Counted from the whole stretch's first letter, positions 24,017 to 36,186 are shown. The stretch: 63,721 nt of DNA, filler included, from Rhabdomonas costata (GCA_019059605.1; 56 parts of 56 records of this genome joined end to end with filler, not necessarily neighbours in it), one strand, 5' to 3'. Notes: generated by a model not told the origin, from the letters alone. Numbers and translations are program-made.

Positions 24017-24743
24017 ATCATGTTTAGCAGCGGGAACAACAAGGAGCGAATCAGATACCTGCGCGAGGTGCCTTTCTCGGAACTTTGTTTCTCACCACGG
24101 GCTGCACGTATTTGGGGTATTTGGCGTATTTGGGATTTGTGATTTGTGATTTTGCCCCCAGTATATGCAACATGAAAATGGCTGCGTTGGATTTTGTTAA
24201 GTTCCTTCACACTGTCCTGCGTCGGATCTGCACCAGGGGAAAATTAAAGATCCAGCCGGAAGGTTTTGTTTTTCTGGGAGCACATGACGTGAGTACTTGC
24301 TCCATCGGTTAATCGGTGCAAAGACACAATACTGGTCCTCGCCCACCGCCTTGTGGCATAGGTCAACGCTCACGACGAGGTGGTTGTAGACATGTTTGCC
24401 GGGGTGGGCTATTTCTCGGTGCCCCTGGCCATGTCGGACGGTGTGCACGTATGCTGGGTGCCTTCTGAATGTGCAGCGGTGTGCTGCGTTGAGCTGGGGG
24501 TCCCAAACGTTTACAAGGAAGGGATCTCTCTCTCGTGGAATATGTTAGCATTCGTTTGTTATAAGCGTATTTTTTCTGTCTGTGTGTTTTGATTGTGTGT
24601 GTGTGGGGGGGGCAGCATCGCGCCGCCCCAGACACATCCACTGCATTGAGAAGAACCCGGTGTCCTTCCAGTATCTCAGCCGCAACCTGGCGCTTAACGG
24701 AGTGTCTGACCACACCACCGCTATTCTGGGCGACAACCGCGAG
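24017..24743 (+). CDS. TYW2: TYW2/Trm12 (Met-10+-like) tRNA wybutosine aminocarboxypropyl transferase, three exons (24017-24067, 24362-24440, 24616-24743)
   Basis: MFSSGNNKERIR; VVVDMFAGVGYFSVPLA; IHCIEKNPVSFQYLSRNLALNGV...ILGDNRE; intron phases agree. Confidence 0.85.
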
Positions 24744-25122
24744 GTGCGGCTTGGTCCTTTCCGTCCCTTCGCTCCTTTTTCTCAAATTGGGCGACAGCAG
24801 TGCGGCGGTAAAATAAGCAGCGGTGTAGTGTACCACTTGTCTTGCTGCATTTTCAAGTCAGGTCAATGGTAGGTCTTGGATCAGTCCAGTCGACACGGGA
24901 CCATGGGGGGGGGGGTTATAGGAAATTAGGGCGGACCCCACCATGTCCAATAGAGTTGTTATGCCTCGTCTGTCTACCAACNNNNNNNNNNNNNNNNNNN
25001 NNNNNNNNNNNNNNNNNNNNNNNNNTTAATTAATTAANNNNNNNNNNNNNNNNNNNNNNNNNNNNNNNNNNNNNNNNNNNNCGTCTGTGAGTGAGTGAGT
25101 GTGTGTGGCCACCAGTGTGCGC

Positions 25123-26077
25123 TCACTTGCCCGCCTCGGCCTCCTCGGGGGGCCACTTGGCTTCCAGGTAAGCCAGCACACTCTCCTCGAAGCTCAGCGC
25201 GTCGATCAGCAGCCGCAACTCCTCTGTCGACAGGCCCTCCAGGCGGGCCTGGATCCGCCTAGGGAGGTTGCTGTGCATTGACTTCAGGTCCACCAGGTCG
25301 CTGGTGAAGCTGAGGCTGTGCCGCGCCTTCCGAAGGGCGTCCAGGTACTCCTTCTTCGACCTGAACAAAAAAGGCATACCCACCCAAATCCAAGCCATCA
25401 CCCAAAAAAATCAACTCGAGATTACCCTCAATTCTGGATCCCCCAACATCAATAACAACAACTTTGACATCGATATCAGCACGAGAGCGTGTGCATAGGA
25501 GGGCAATGGGAGGGTCACATACGCCTCAATGGCCGTTTGGAAGACGGCGACGCGGGCTGTGGACTGGGGCTCGGCTGCGGCAGTAAGTGCATCCACGGCA
25601 GCCGTCTGTGGACGCAGAGAGAAAAGGAAAAGAAGTATTTCGAAGTGAAAGATGGGAAGTGAAAGATGGCCAGAATACGACCATCTCTTGCTCCCATTTT
25701 CCTGGAAAACGAGAAGAGAGCCTCAAAATCCACCGACTGCGTTCAACACGAAAAGTCCGAAAAATGGATATGCATCACCATACAGCACAGTGCAGAAAAA
25801 GGGTCACCTGCACTAAATAGACAGGTGCGTCCTTCTCGAGCACCTTCTGCTTTCCCTTTCAACGAAAGCTTTCTAAATAAAAGGAGGAGCTCCCCGAAAT
25901 TTAAATTAGTGCGATAAACAGCACAAGCGGAATAGCATGCCAATGGCTGAGAAAGAGTGACAAAAACACCAACAACCAACAGGCGCGCGTGCACGTCACC
26001 ACGGACTGCTCCAGCCTCTGCACACGCAGCGCCCACTGCTGCTCCGCGTCCTTGTGCTGGATCCGCATCAGGCGGTT
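25123..26077 (-). CDS. Hypothetical helical/coiled-coil protein, three exons (26077-26000, 25605-25523, 25360-25123)
   Basis: Phase-consistent GT-AG junctions, high GC3 codon usage; family not recognised. Confidence 0.75.
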
Positions 26078-26221
26078 CTGCGCACAACGCACGCCACTTC
26101 CCCCCCTCCCCCAACCGCTCGNNNNNNNNNNNNNNNNNNNNNNNNNNNNNNNNNNNNNNNNNNNNTTAATTAATTAANNNNNNNNNNNNNNNNNNNNNNN
26201 NNNNNNNNNNNNNNNNNNNNN

Positions 26222-26600
26222 CGGCACACTTCTCTGAACCAACTCCGCTTTAGCCAATTCACAATCCAAGACATACACACTCTTGAATGGACCTGCGGCT
26301 TCGCGTTCTCCAAACTTGAACTCGTAAAATGTGACTGCTGCGGAAGTAGGGCTTGGGGGTCGAGGCGGGGAGACATCTCCCCTCCTGGGAAACGAGGAAA
26401 TTCTGGGTCTACCGCTTCTAGACGGTGAAGGTGATCTGTAACATTGGCCTTTTCTTCTGAACGCCAACATTCCTCTGGACGGAGTCACCCTTCTCTCTGT
26501 AGAGGGCGTACGCTTTGCATTAAATTGTGGCTGTGGAGGGGCGGAAAAATTACAGAACTCGCCGGAAATGTGGCTGCTAACGTTGGCGGTGTCGCCCAGC
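26222..26600 (-). CDS. Possible Ser/Pro/Arg-rich exon
   Basis: Part of a 260-codon open frame after a tacgcag acceptor; no recognisable domain. Confidence 0.25.
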
Positions 26601-27360
26601 CTGCGTAAATGGAGGAGAGATGCAGAAGTGGTAGACAGAGTCGCACCCAGCCCGCACCCGTGAATAAGCAGAGCCCGAGGCCGCGGGCCCGCAGAAGTCA
26701 AGACACCAGGTTCCCACTTGCAAAGCTCGTACCTCCCCTCCACTTCTGTTGGTTCGCGGAGTGACCCCGAACTGGTCGAAAAGCCGGTATAAAGAGAGAT
26801 TGCCTCGCCGCCCCCATTTGCACATAAAGCACCCAAGCACCCGAGGAAAGACCAAAAAGCCTTGCACGCCTCCCCCGTTGCAGCATCAGACAGGACACTC
26901 TCACCACTGACCGATGTAGACCTCAGATTCTCTCGCACGCCGGACTGCGGACGCAAGTCGAAGCCGTACCGGTCTTAAGAAAGTCACGCTCTTGGGGACA
27001 ACCTTGGGGACAACCAAGGTAAGCCGGTACAGCGCCCACTATGCGAAAGCATAGTCGGGATTCGGCTGCTGAACAACAGGCCCAGTAGAACCACCGGCAG
27101 ACGCCTGGTTACACGTAAGTGGTGAGGTTGCAAACCCACTCCTGCCTGCTCCAACTTGCGGGCATTCATTTCAAATCCTTGCGTAAACTGAAGTTTCAAT
27201 TGAAACTGAAGTTAGCGCCTTTCTCTTGCGGCTTTTCCCTGCATTCCCCCNNNNNNNNNNNNNNNNNNNNNNNNNNNNNNNNNNNNNNNNNNNNTTAATT
27301 AATTAANNNNNNNNNNNNNNNNNNNNNNNNNNNNNNNNNNNNNNNNNNNNGTGGTTGGTG

Positions 27361-27804
27361 GGGCCGGTCCTCGGCCCCACCAGTCCCTCCCATCGCGCCC
27401 CCGGGCCCCGGGCGGAGCATCCGGAGGTAATCCGGGCACCCCTTGTCGGACTTTGGGGGGAAGCCCTTGCACAGCCAGCACTGGGTGTTCGGGGGGCTGC
27501 ACCGGCAGGCTTTCCGTGGGAACGCCCCGCACTTCTCGCAGGGGTCGTCGCAGAGGCACAGCTCTCGGCTGTAGTTCGTGGTCAGCACGGCGGTAAAAGT
27601 GGTGCAGCGGAGGTGATCCAGGCGAGAGGCCATGACGTGGGCCCCGGGGTTCGAGCTGCCGCTTTCGTCGGTCAGAGGCCCGAGCTTGGAGCGATCCATG
27701 GCCTCGAGGTCCTTGCGACGGATGCGGCGGAAGTCAGAGTAGGTCTTCACTTTGTTGATCAGCTCGGAGCAGATCGATGCTCGAAGCGTGGTCACCCGCA
27801 GGTC
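27361..27804 (-). CDS. SIR2-like (SIR2_2-type) domain exon with Cys-rich insert
   Basis: atttag| open to contig edge, strong GC3 bias; MASRLDHLRCTTFTAVLTTNYSREL resembles the h.h-T-T-N-[YF]-D strand of SIR2_2 domains. Confidence 0.6.
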
Positions 27805-29270
27805 CTAAATACGAAATCACGGCGAAGACCGACGAAGGGTGGCAATGATGCCCATTTTTAAAGACACCTACCCTCACCGTGACACCAAACTCAACTCACC
27901 GAAACCAGAACCGAACCCGAGACCAACACACCCATAGCCATCCTCTCACACACGAAACCAGAACCAGAGACCGAAACCGAAACCGAAACGCGAAACCTAC
28001 AGCAAGACTCACGAGACCAGAGACCAGATGAGTGCGGAATCAACATTAAAGAATCGACACAGAGCGAAAAAGGGAACGATGTCAGAAGTTGTCGCATCGC
28101 GAGCTAAGTAGCAGCAAGTCAAGCGAGGGGGTCGATACTAATACTCGTGGCGTCCCACTTTCGCACTGTGCAGTCCTTCCGTGCTGGGGTCTTACCGAGG
28201 TCACTGGAATTGCGCAGACTGCTCCGGTCGAGATGCACGCTCTGGTGCCAGCTTGCAGCCTCATTGTCTTGCTGCCGTCCCTGCCAACCCTACCACTGCC
28301 CGTCGACCAATGGAAATCAAGAGAGACGTCTAGGAATACCATCACATGAACACGAACAAGTGAACCACAGAATATGCAAAAAAAAAAAAANNNNNNNNNN
28401 NNNNNNNNNNNNNNNNNNNNNNNNNNNNNNNNNNTTAATTAATTAANNNNNNNNNNNNNNNNNNNNNNNNNNNNNNNNNNNNNNNNNNNNATGGGATTTT
28501 GTGATTTTGTGTTGGTGGTGTGGGACACCGTCTCAGTGGCGCGCCAGTTATGGGTGTGATCGCCTCGTTTTTTAATTGCTGGATGACTTGGGGGGCCGCG
28601 CTGGGCTTGCTGACTGAGAATCCACCAGAATTCATGTTCCAGGTTTTCCAGAGAATATGATTGGCTGAAAAGTTTACAGCTGAACAACGTGCATCCGCCT
28701 CCATCTGGGAGATCGTTTTCCGATAGCTCGCCATCGACGATTCTTGATGGGTAGATGTCTGTAGGGGTGTTTGACACGAGCAATGTCGGCTCCAGGGTTT
28801 CAAGGAGGGATTTAAGCCTCCTGCTAAAGCGCACATCTGGCCGATTAAGCTTTTTAAAACACAGCAACCTCGTCCCTCTGCGGTTCGGAAGCAAGGTGCG
28901 CAAATGCTTGGCGTCACTTCAAGCCAATTTGCACCATCGAGCAGCTTAAGAGAGAGAGAGAGTGTGTGTGTGTGTTGGACGGTCAGTTGCGTGACTGACT
29001 GTTGGCTACCACTGCGGAATGATGTGCTGTTGATCACGGGTGTTCGCGAAATTACCATTGGAGCGAACGCCGGCAGTGGGGTACCGGCTTACCAACAAAC
29101 GTTCCACGTAGGGTCACCTCCCTTCTGCCTCATGGGTCCCGGGCCTTTGCCACGCAGCAAGTTTTTTCCAACGGCTCCATTGCTGCCTGCGGCCTTGACT
29201 CACTGAAACGACCCTTGTGTGAGCGAGCGCGCGTAGAAACTGACAAAAGGACAACGAAAAAGGAATCGAC

Positions 29271-29486
29271 CTGCAGCTCTTCCGGTCCGCGAAGGTTCTC
29301 ACACGTGGAGGCAGGAGCGGTGCTGTCGTGGAGTGCGGGGGCGCGGAAGACGATGAAGTCCACGGAGGGCGGCGTGGGGAAGCTGACCTCCCACCCACTG
29401 GAGGCCTCGTGGAGGACAGGCACAGCGGGCAGCACTGCTGAGGGGTAGGCCCTCTCCAGGGGCCGCAGGACAACTACGCAGCGCAG
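29271..29486 (-). CDS. Putative exon, hypothetical protein
   Basis: tttcag|LRCVVVLRPLERAYP...PPSVDFIVFRAPAL...EELQ|gtcgat; 72 codons. Confidence 0.6.
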
Positions 29487-30541
29487 CTGAAATCCCACGC
29501 AGCAAACCGCACAGTACGCGCAGTGTGTACNNNNNNNNNNNNNNNNNNNNNNNNNNNNNNNNNNNNNNNNNNNNTTAATTAATTAANNNNNNNNNNNNNN
29601 NNNNNNNNNNNNNNNNNNNNNNNNNNNNNNTGTGGTGGGTGTGGTTGGGTGGTTGGTTGCTCCAACGAGCCCACCGAAGGGGCGGTGGACTCACGCTCCC
29701 CTAGCGTACCCTGCCGCGAGTTCCAGGGCTCCGGGCGTCCCCGGCTGGGATGACTGCCTTGGCTGGCCTTGCTCTTTTTGCGAATCTCCAATGGGACGAC
29801 GAGCGTGCCCGAGTTCGCGGAGAGTTGTCGGAATGACACCCGGCTATCGGATCGGGCCTGTGCCGGCGATTCCCCCCCCTTCGCAAAGCGCAGCGAAAAA
29901 TGTGGACACTGCGCGGTAACAAGTATTTCACGCCCACTTTCATGACTTCATGACTTCGATCCACCAACAAACCCTCTGCCCGGGCTAGAATTCACTTTCC
30001 TTAGGGCGATGCCGTTCGCGCCAGCTTTTCTACATCCAGATTCCCCATTAATGTGAGCGCGTGCGATGTAAATCATTGTCTCACCACTTTTTATCTTTTT
30101 TCACCTGCCAATTCAATCTTGGTCGATCACAATATTCATTTGAAGGAGCTTCTTCCAAGGTTCTGTGTGAAGGTAAACTGATGTAGTGACCCAGAAACCC
30201 CCCCCCCCCGTCCGTCCAAAAAGGACAGCACAGGAATTCACAAACAAGCTCACTCACCCAAATACCTAAGAACTAGAATTCATGACTTCTGCACTTTTAG
30301 CTGGGTTTAAAAATTAAGTGTGACCACCACACCCACACCAACGAGAAATAAAACGAGAAAGAAGTTTGTGAGTTTTACCCCTGACAGCTCCCGACAAATA
30401 AAAGGGTTCACGATGCACGCACACGCATACTGATAATTGAGCGATCAAGGCCGTGGCGATCGGGTGGTTTTTGGGAGTCCCGCACTCCTCCACACTCGCC
30501 GCACCGGCTTCCTCATCATCATCTCCCTTTCTCTTCTTCAG

Positions 30542-30614
30542 GACGGCCTGCGTGATGTCCTTCTTGACTTGGCTCAGGCTGTTGAAGATCCTCAGGCAGG
30601 ACTGCTGGGTGGAG
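30542..30614 (+). CDS. Possible TRP/polycystin-type channel S4 exon
   Basis: cttcag|(x)TACVMSFLTWLRLLKILRQDCWVE|gtcggg; FL.WLRLLK.LR motif, but the frame is ambiguous. Confidence 0.35.
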
Positions 30615-30858
30615 GTCGGGTTCTGAGGAGAGCCTTCTTACTTCGCAAGTTCTCTTCTTTCCCTCTGGCTNNNNNNNNNNNNNNNNNNNNNNNNNNNNNN
30701 NNNNNNNNNNNNNNTTAATTAATTAANNNNNNNNNNNNNNNNNNNNNNNNNNNNNNNNNNNNNNNNNNNNTTTTTTTTTGGGACACCCTGTAGCTGGCAC
30801 CTGAGGGAATGCGTGCAGCTTGAGAACAAGGCGCTTTTCACAGGCCTCAGGTGCCAGC

Positions 30859-31380
30859 TACAGGGTGTCCCATGAAAAATGACCATCTATTATCTGACTG
30901 CGGTTTTTGGCAGCTGTGAAGTGACACAGGTAGGGGTAGGCAGGGGAATTCTCACCATCACAGCGGAGCTGGCATATTCCCATCTGATACTTCTATGCGC
31001 AGATTTTTGTTTTTCATTATTTAAAACGCTTTGACAATCTTTGTCCACAGCGAAGCGCGTGCAGTTGGTACAGTTATTGTACAAACTGGATCTGCCACGC
31101 AGGCGGACTTTTATGAGAAATGGTTACCTTTGCCGAGGCCCAACTGTGAGGAAAACAAAACAGCAGCTGGTAGTTCGTTTTGAGGAGAGCGGAATTGTGG
31201 AGGCAAGAGCACCCATATGGTGCGTGGCGGGTTGAGGACAAGGGTGTCCAGGGAGTGTGGATCACCAGTCACCCTTAGCTCTCCGTGCGACGGACGGCAG
31301 CCCGGATTCTTTAGAAATAGCTAGGACTCTTCCCGTGGAAAGTCCAATTGAAACAAACTCAGACCCAGGTTAACCGGCCA
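30859..31380 (+). mobile_element. Degenerate Tc1/mariner element, left end plus 5' part of transposase
   Basis: TA|CAGGGTGTCCCA terminus; N-terminal HTH-like LSTAKRVQLVQLLY...LVVRFEESGIV (31041-31200); then P*LSVRR..RIL*K*LGLFPWKVQLKQ (31273-31356) with three TAG stops. Confidence 0.8.
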
Positions 31381-31538
31381 GTGGTTCCGAAGAAGACGGC
31401 CTCGTGACGCACTAGGTCAAGTTTTTTGTGGACCGCGTGCTGGCCAAGAAAAACTGCCCGTTTCTGAGGGCAGTGAACAGCACACACACTGCCCCAGCAA
31501 GAGAGCACCCACACACTGAACCGAAAAAGCATGCACAC

Positions 31539-31649
31539 CATCACTGCCACAGGCCTTCCCGATGCACGAAGGCACACAGCTAGCAACACATTGGCCCGTC
31601 GCGTTGCACGCCTTCCCTGAGGTGCAGGTCCCGCAGGAACCACCGCAGC
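31539..31649 (-). CDS. Symmetric phase 1-1 exon encoding one 37-aa Cys/Gly-rich repeat
   Basis: tcgcag|GCGGSCGTCTSGKACNATGQCVASCVPSCIGKACGSD-G|gtgtgc; 111 nt. Confidence 0.85.
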
Positions 31650-32524
31650 CTGCGAGAGCCATTTCCACAACCCTCCCCAAATGTCCAGCACCCCCCGAAC
31701 CTAAACCGAAACAAAAATCAGAAACAAGACGAAATCCCAGGAGGAAATGCACATCCGGACGAAATGCGCAGACAAAAAATGCACAGGCAAAGCCCACCAA
31801 CATCAACACANNNNNNNNNNNNNNNNNNNNNNNNNNNNNNNNNNNNNNNNNNNNTTAATTAATTAANNNNNNNNNNNNNNNNNNNNNNNNNNNNNNNNNN
31901 NNNNNNNNNNGTCCTCTGGCACCTCGTAATTATGGCGCGAACGCATTTCAGTTTTTTTTGAAATGAACTGCACTGAAACGAACGGTACAGGTAAGTTGAT
32001 GCCTTTTTCCGGCTGCAATGATAGAATCACAAAATGGAAATGCGTTCGCGCCATAATTACGAGGTGCCAGAGGACCTAATCAACTCAGGTCATAGTTGTA
32101 TCCCACTCCTTCCCAACCCCGCCGAATTCTTCGGGTAGTTATTATGTTGAACCATTTGGCTATTCCCTTCGTCCTCAAATCAAGGAAGAAGAAAAACCAG
32201 GCCCGGAGGGTGGTCTTGGTTGCACACAAAGAACAAGGGGGAGTCAGCATCTGCTGACACCACCAGACACAAACCCAGAACGCCACCACGTTGCGCCGGG
32301 AAGCACAATTTTCTAGCGACAAGTAGAGGAAGCGAATCAATGCAATTTACAGAAAACCAAAAGAAAACGAAAAAAAAAGCTGGAAGCTAAGAGAAACATA
32401 GGGTGGGCTCTAAGCTTTCGAGGTTGTTTCAAGGTTAAAAAAACACAGAACCGCACATACCCAGGCAATGGAAACAACAAGAAGGAGTGGGACTCTTCTT
32501 CCACTTTCATGCTTCAGGTAGCAG

Positions 32525-32907
32525 CTATCGGTGGTGTGCCGTCGCGGGGTACTGCCCCGAGGAGGCTCGCACCCCTGAAGAAGGCTGCTGGGCTGCGGGC
32601 CACGAGAAGGGCTTCGCCGCCACGGGTTGCGCCGGGGCATTCATCATAAGGTTGCCGCGTACGGAGGGCTGGGACGAGGCAGCCGGGTAGTAGGAACCCC
32701 CAATGGGGTGCGGGGCCGCGGCGGCTTGCTGAGGGGCTCGCTCGTGGGTAGAGTAGCCCCCTCCCGCGGTCTGGGCTCGGGCCGGATTCACAGCAGCCGA
32801 GAAGAGCTGCTGCTGGGCCGAGGACGGGAAGTCGCGCACAGGGGAGTTGAACGGAACCTCCACGTGGTGGCTGGATGGGGAGGAGGGCGGCGCCACCGCG
32901 GCACGTC
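32525..32907 (-). CDS. Terminal exon, Pro/Ala/Ser/Gln-rich hypothetical protein
   Basis: cctcag acceptor, open to TAG, followed by a pyrimidine/U-rich 3' UTR-like region. Confidence 0.55.
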
Positions 32908-33058
32908 CTGAGGCACAGCAAACACCGTGTGCACGAGGCACCACCCACACNNNNNNNNNNNNNNNNNNNNNNNNNNNNNNNNNNNNNNNNNNNNTTAATT
33001 AATTAANNNNNNNNNNNNNNNNNNNNNNNNNNNNNNNNNNNNNNNNNNNNTGTGGGTG

Positions 33059-33117
33059 GTGTGTGTGTGTGTGTGTGTGTGCGTGCGTGCGCGCGCGCGC
33101 GCGCGCATGTGTGCGTA
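33059..33117. repeat. (GT)n(GC)n alternating purine-pyrimidine tract
   Basis: gtgtgt...gcgtgcgcgcgcgcgcgcgcatgtgtg. Confidence 0.9.
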
Positions 33118-34570
33118 TGTACTTGTGGGAATGCGCGTCTGCGCCAGTGAATTGTTTTGCCGTCCCGTCCATCGGCACATCCCCCCTTCCCTAGAAAATT
33201 TGGTCACTGTTTTCGGCCTACCAAGGGGGTTGTGCTTTTGTGCTGCTTCCTAGCGAAAAAGCACATTGCTGCAGTGGGCGTGTGTTAATGCGTGAGAGTT
33301 TCACCTTTTTTTTCTCCGTACATCTCTGCCCGCCGATAGAGAAAATAAAAAATGGGGGGGACTCTCGACTACTCTGAGGGAGTACACGCGGTCTTGATTT
33401 AAAAGGTGCCCACCCCACCACCTCTCTCTCTCACTTCCACCAGGATCCGTCAACAGTTCCAACGATGAGGCCTCTGCGTTTGCTCCTGGACGCGATGTTC
33501 CAGTGGAGCCGCTGTTTCCGTCGTACCAAAGTGCCAGCTCCGCGCTCTGAGAACTGAGCCCAGGACCTCAGGGCCGCCAGCGCTTGGTTGAATTACAAAG
33601 GTCGCCACTGCCGCTGCCGACGCGTTCGCTTGGCTTGAGGTGCTCCTGCCCTGCCTGCCGAAAGCGATGGACGACTGTACCATTTTCGGCCATCACTCAA
33701 CACAGGATCTGAAGCTTGAGAGGTGCAAGAACCAGCAGTGAACCGGGCTGTGAGGAGCTCGGCAAATGTGCTCTTTTGCGCACCTGTAAGGTGAAGGAGA
33801 AAAATTCATGCGAAAAGCGGTATTTCAAGCCCAATTTCTGACACCTCAGATAAGGAACCTTCGGTATTCAATGCGTGCAAAAACTGCTGAAAAAACAACT
33901 TGGGGAAGGCGTCGGGTGTGCGTAAGGGTGCATTCTTGGCCCAGGGAGCGGCGCTTTCCTCTCTTCCTGGGAGGCAACACTATTGATTACCTCCCTCCCC
34001 CTCCCTGCCTTTTCCTTCGTTCTACTGCAGCATTCCATTGGTGTTCTTTTCCTTTTTGGGCTCCACTTGTGGTTTCGAATTTGCCGAGGTNNNNNNNNNN
34101 NNNNNNNNNNNNNNNNNNNNNNNNNNNNNNNNNNTTAATTAATTAANNNNNNNNNNNNNNNNNNNNNNNNNNNNNNNNNNNNNNNNNNNNTTGGTGGGGG
34201 AAGCCAGAGGACCAGGCTTGACGTTTGTTGATGTTATAGGAAATGAGCACCAATACGTTGGATGCCGGGGTTCTCTTTGTTTGGGAAAGAGTGTTCCACT
34301 CATGCAGGGTGGTGCCCTCACCATTCTTCTGGCTTCCTATTTCTCTCTATCGGTCGAAACTGAAGTTGTAAATTAGTTCATGTGGGTTCACTTGGTGCGC
34401 TGGAGATAAACAGTATGATACTCCGAAACAGCACTCTGAATTCCGCCTACGGTAGGGGGAATGTAAACGGAACTATTGTACAGATGCTGATAATCAAGTT
34501 CTGACTTTTCGGTGTGGTTCAAGGACTGCAGCTAAGAGACTGCGAAAAAGCCACCTTTTGAAAGAAATAC

Positions 34571-34646
34571 CTTTTAGGCTCTGCTCATGAGCTTTGGCAA
34601 GCCTTTTCTTTTCTTTGGCTTCCTTGTTCGAACTTTTGGGAGGCAT
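34571..34646 (-). CDS. First coding exon MPPKSSNKEAKEKKRLAKAHEQSLK
   Basis: U-rich tract and tttcag acceptor 8 nt before ATG; gtattt donor. Confidence 0.55.
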
Positions 34647-35726
34647 GACAGGAACTGAAACAGCAAACAAAAAAGCGACGCAAATGTTGAGATCCTTTTT
34701 CCTTTTTTCCTGTTGGTTGTTGTTTCGTTTATGTTCCTCCTTTGTGCACAAACTTATAAAAAATTGAGAAACTTAAAAAATCTTGAAAAAGAAAGCTCTT
34801 TGAAAATGCCAAAAAGTGTTGTCTCCAAGATCCAGACTCGTCCTTCCTCGACCCTGCGCCCACAGCCAAACAGAACACGAGTTCACAGGTTTCAAACATT
34901 ACGTGGCTGCGGTTTACAAAAAGGGTTTGAATCAGGTAGAGAAGCAAAGGGGAAAGGAAACAGAGGCATAAGTGCACCAGTGTCAGACACCCACTACACG
35001 CTGGTGCACCCACCCACCTTCTACACAAGGCAAACAAAGGCAAACAAGGAACATAGTAGAGGTAGACGCCGCTCAGCTGGCGCACCACCGTCTTGCGGAG
35101 AGCCACTGCTACTCTCTGCACCCCGGCACTGGTGCTGAGGCTGGCCAGGAAATCCAATCTCGTGTCAGGAGCGAGACGTCTCGCATACCGTGAGAAAAGT
35201 TGGGCCAGGAAGCGCTCACCCCCACCCACNNNNNNNNNNNNNNNNNNNNNNNNNNNNNNNNNNNNNNNNNNNNTTAATTAATTAANNNNNNNNNNNNNNN
35301 NNNNNNNNNNNNNNNNNNNNNNNNNNNNNGGTTGTGGTGAAAGATAAGGTTCAAATTATGACTGAGCCTTCCGACATAATTTGAACCTTATCTTTCACCG
35401 TTGCCCGATAAGCCTACTAAGCGAAAGTTTGAAATCGGAAATTTCACAGAGTGTTTGCTTGCACTTTTGGCACCTCTGGCCAAGTCGTTTGAGCTGAAGA
35501 GGAAAAAAATTCATCGCACAAACATACCCAAACACAACAAACAAACACAACTCATCGTAAGTCAAAGAAGAAAAACGAGTTTAAGAAAGGATGGCACATA
35601 CCCATCTCTCTTCCCGACTCCATGTGTCGGTGTGTCGATGTCGGTTTAGGTCAAGTCACGGTAATGTATCTGCCTCAGCTCTCGGCTTGCGGCAGTAGCC
35701 ATTGCACGCTCACCTCACTTTTGCAG

Positions 35727-36186
35727 TGCACCGGCCTGGAGAAGCAGCAGCTGAGTACTTTAGCCGGGGAGATGAAGACGAGGGAGGAAGAGCTGCAGAA
35801 GGCTCTCGCTGCACATGAGGTGAATCTGTCAATCCCACCACCGAATGGAAACTCAAGCTTTGACTGCAGGACCTCCTTGGATATGACGGATGGGTTTGCT
35901 GGGGCTTATTGGTTCGGCCTTGACACAGACTTGGCCGAACGAAGGAAAGTTCGTGCACGACGCGCGTTTTGAGAAGGCCATCAATAACGGTGGACCGAAC
36001 TGGGAAGAGGTTCTCCCGCCATCAGGTTCTGGTGGCTTCTGCTGTCCAGTTTTTTCTTTAATTGCTTGGCAGGCACTGGTCTGGGAGCACGGCTTGCGGA
36101 CCCGCCGTGATGAGCTCCATCGCGGCCTCAAGCAGTCCCACGCCACCGACGAGGAGACCAAGGAGCGAGTGCTGCAGTACCTTGAG
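35727..36186 (+). CDS. Coiled-coil hypothetical protein, two exons (35727-35819, 36073-36186)
   Basis: Phase-0 GT-AG junctions; EMKTREEELQKALAAHE | ALVWEHGLRTRRDELHRGLKQ. Confidence 0.7.

Noticed and set aside
28089..28349. WGLTEVTG as an AMP-binding enzyme motif
   Set aside because: Single short match, no other motifs, opposite strand to the local exon
31276..31320. Three in-frame TAG codons as evidence of UAG reassignment
   Set aside because: They lie in a frameshifted, deleted transposase; TAG ends SRPRA and APEH at the expected positions
30794..31925. Shared CTGGCACCT in two terminal hairpins as a family motif
   Set aside because: Only 9 nt, unrelated flanks, absent from the other five hairpins
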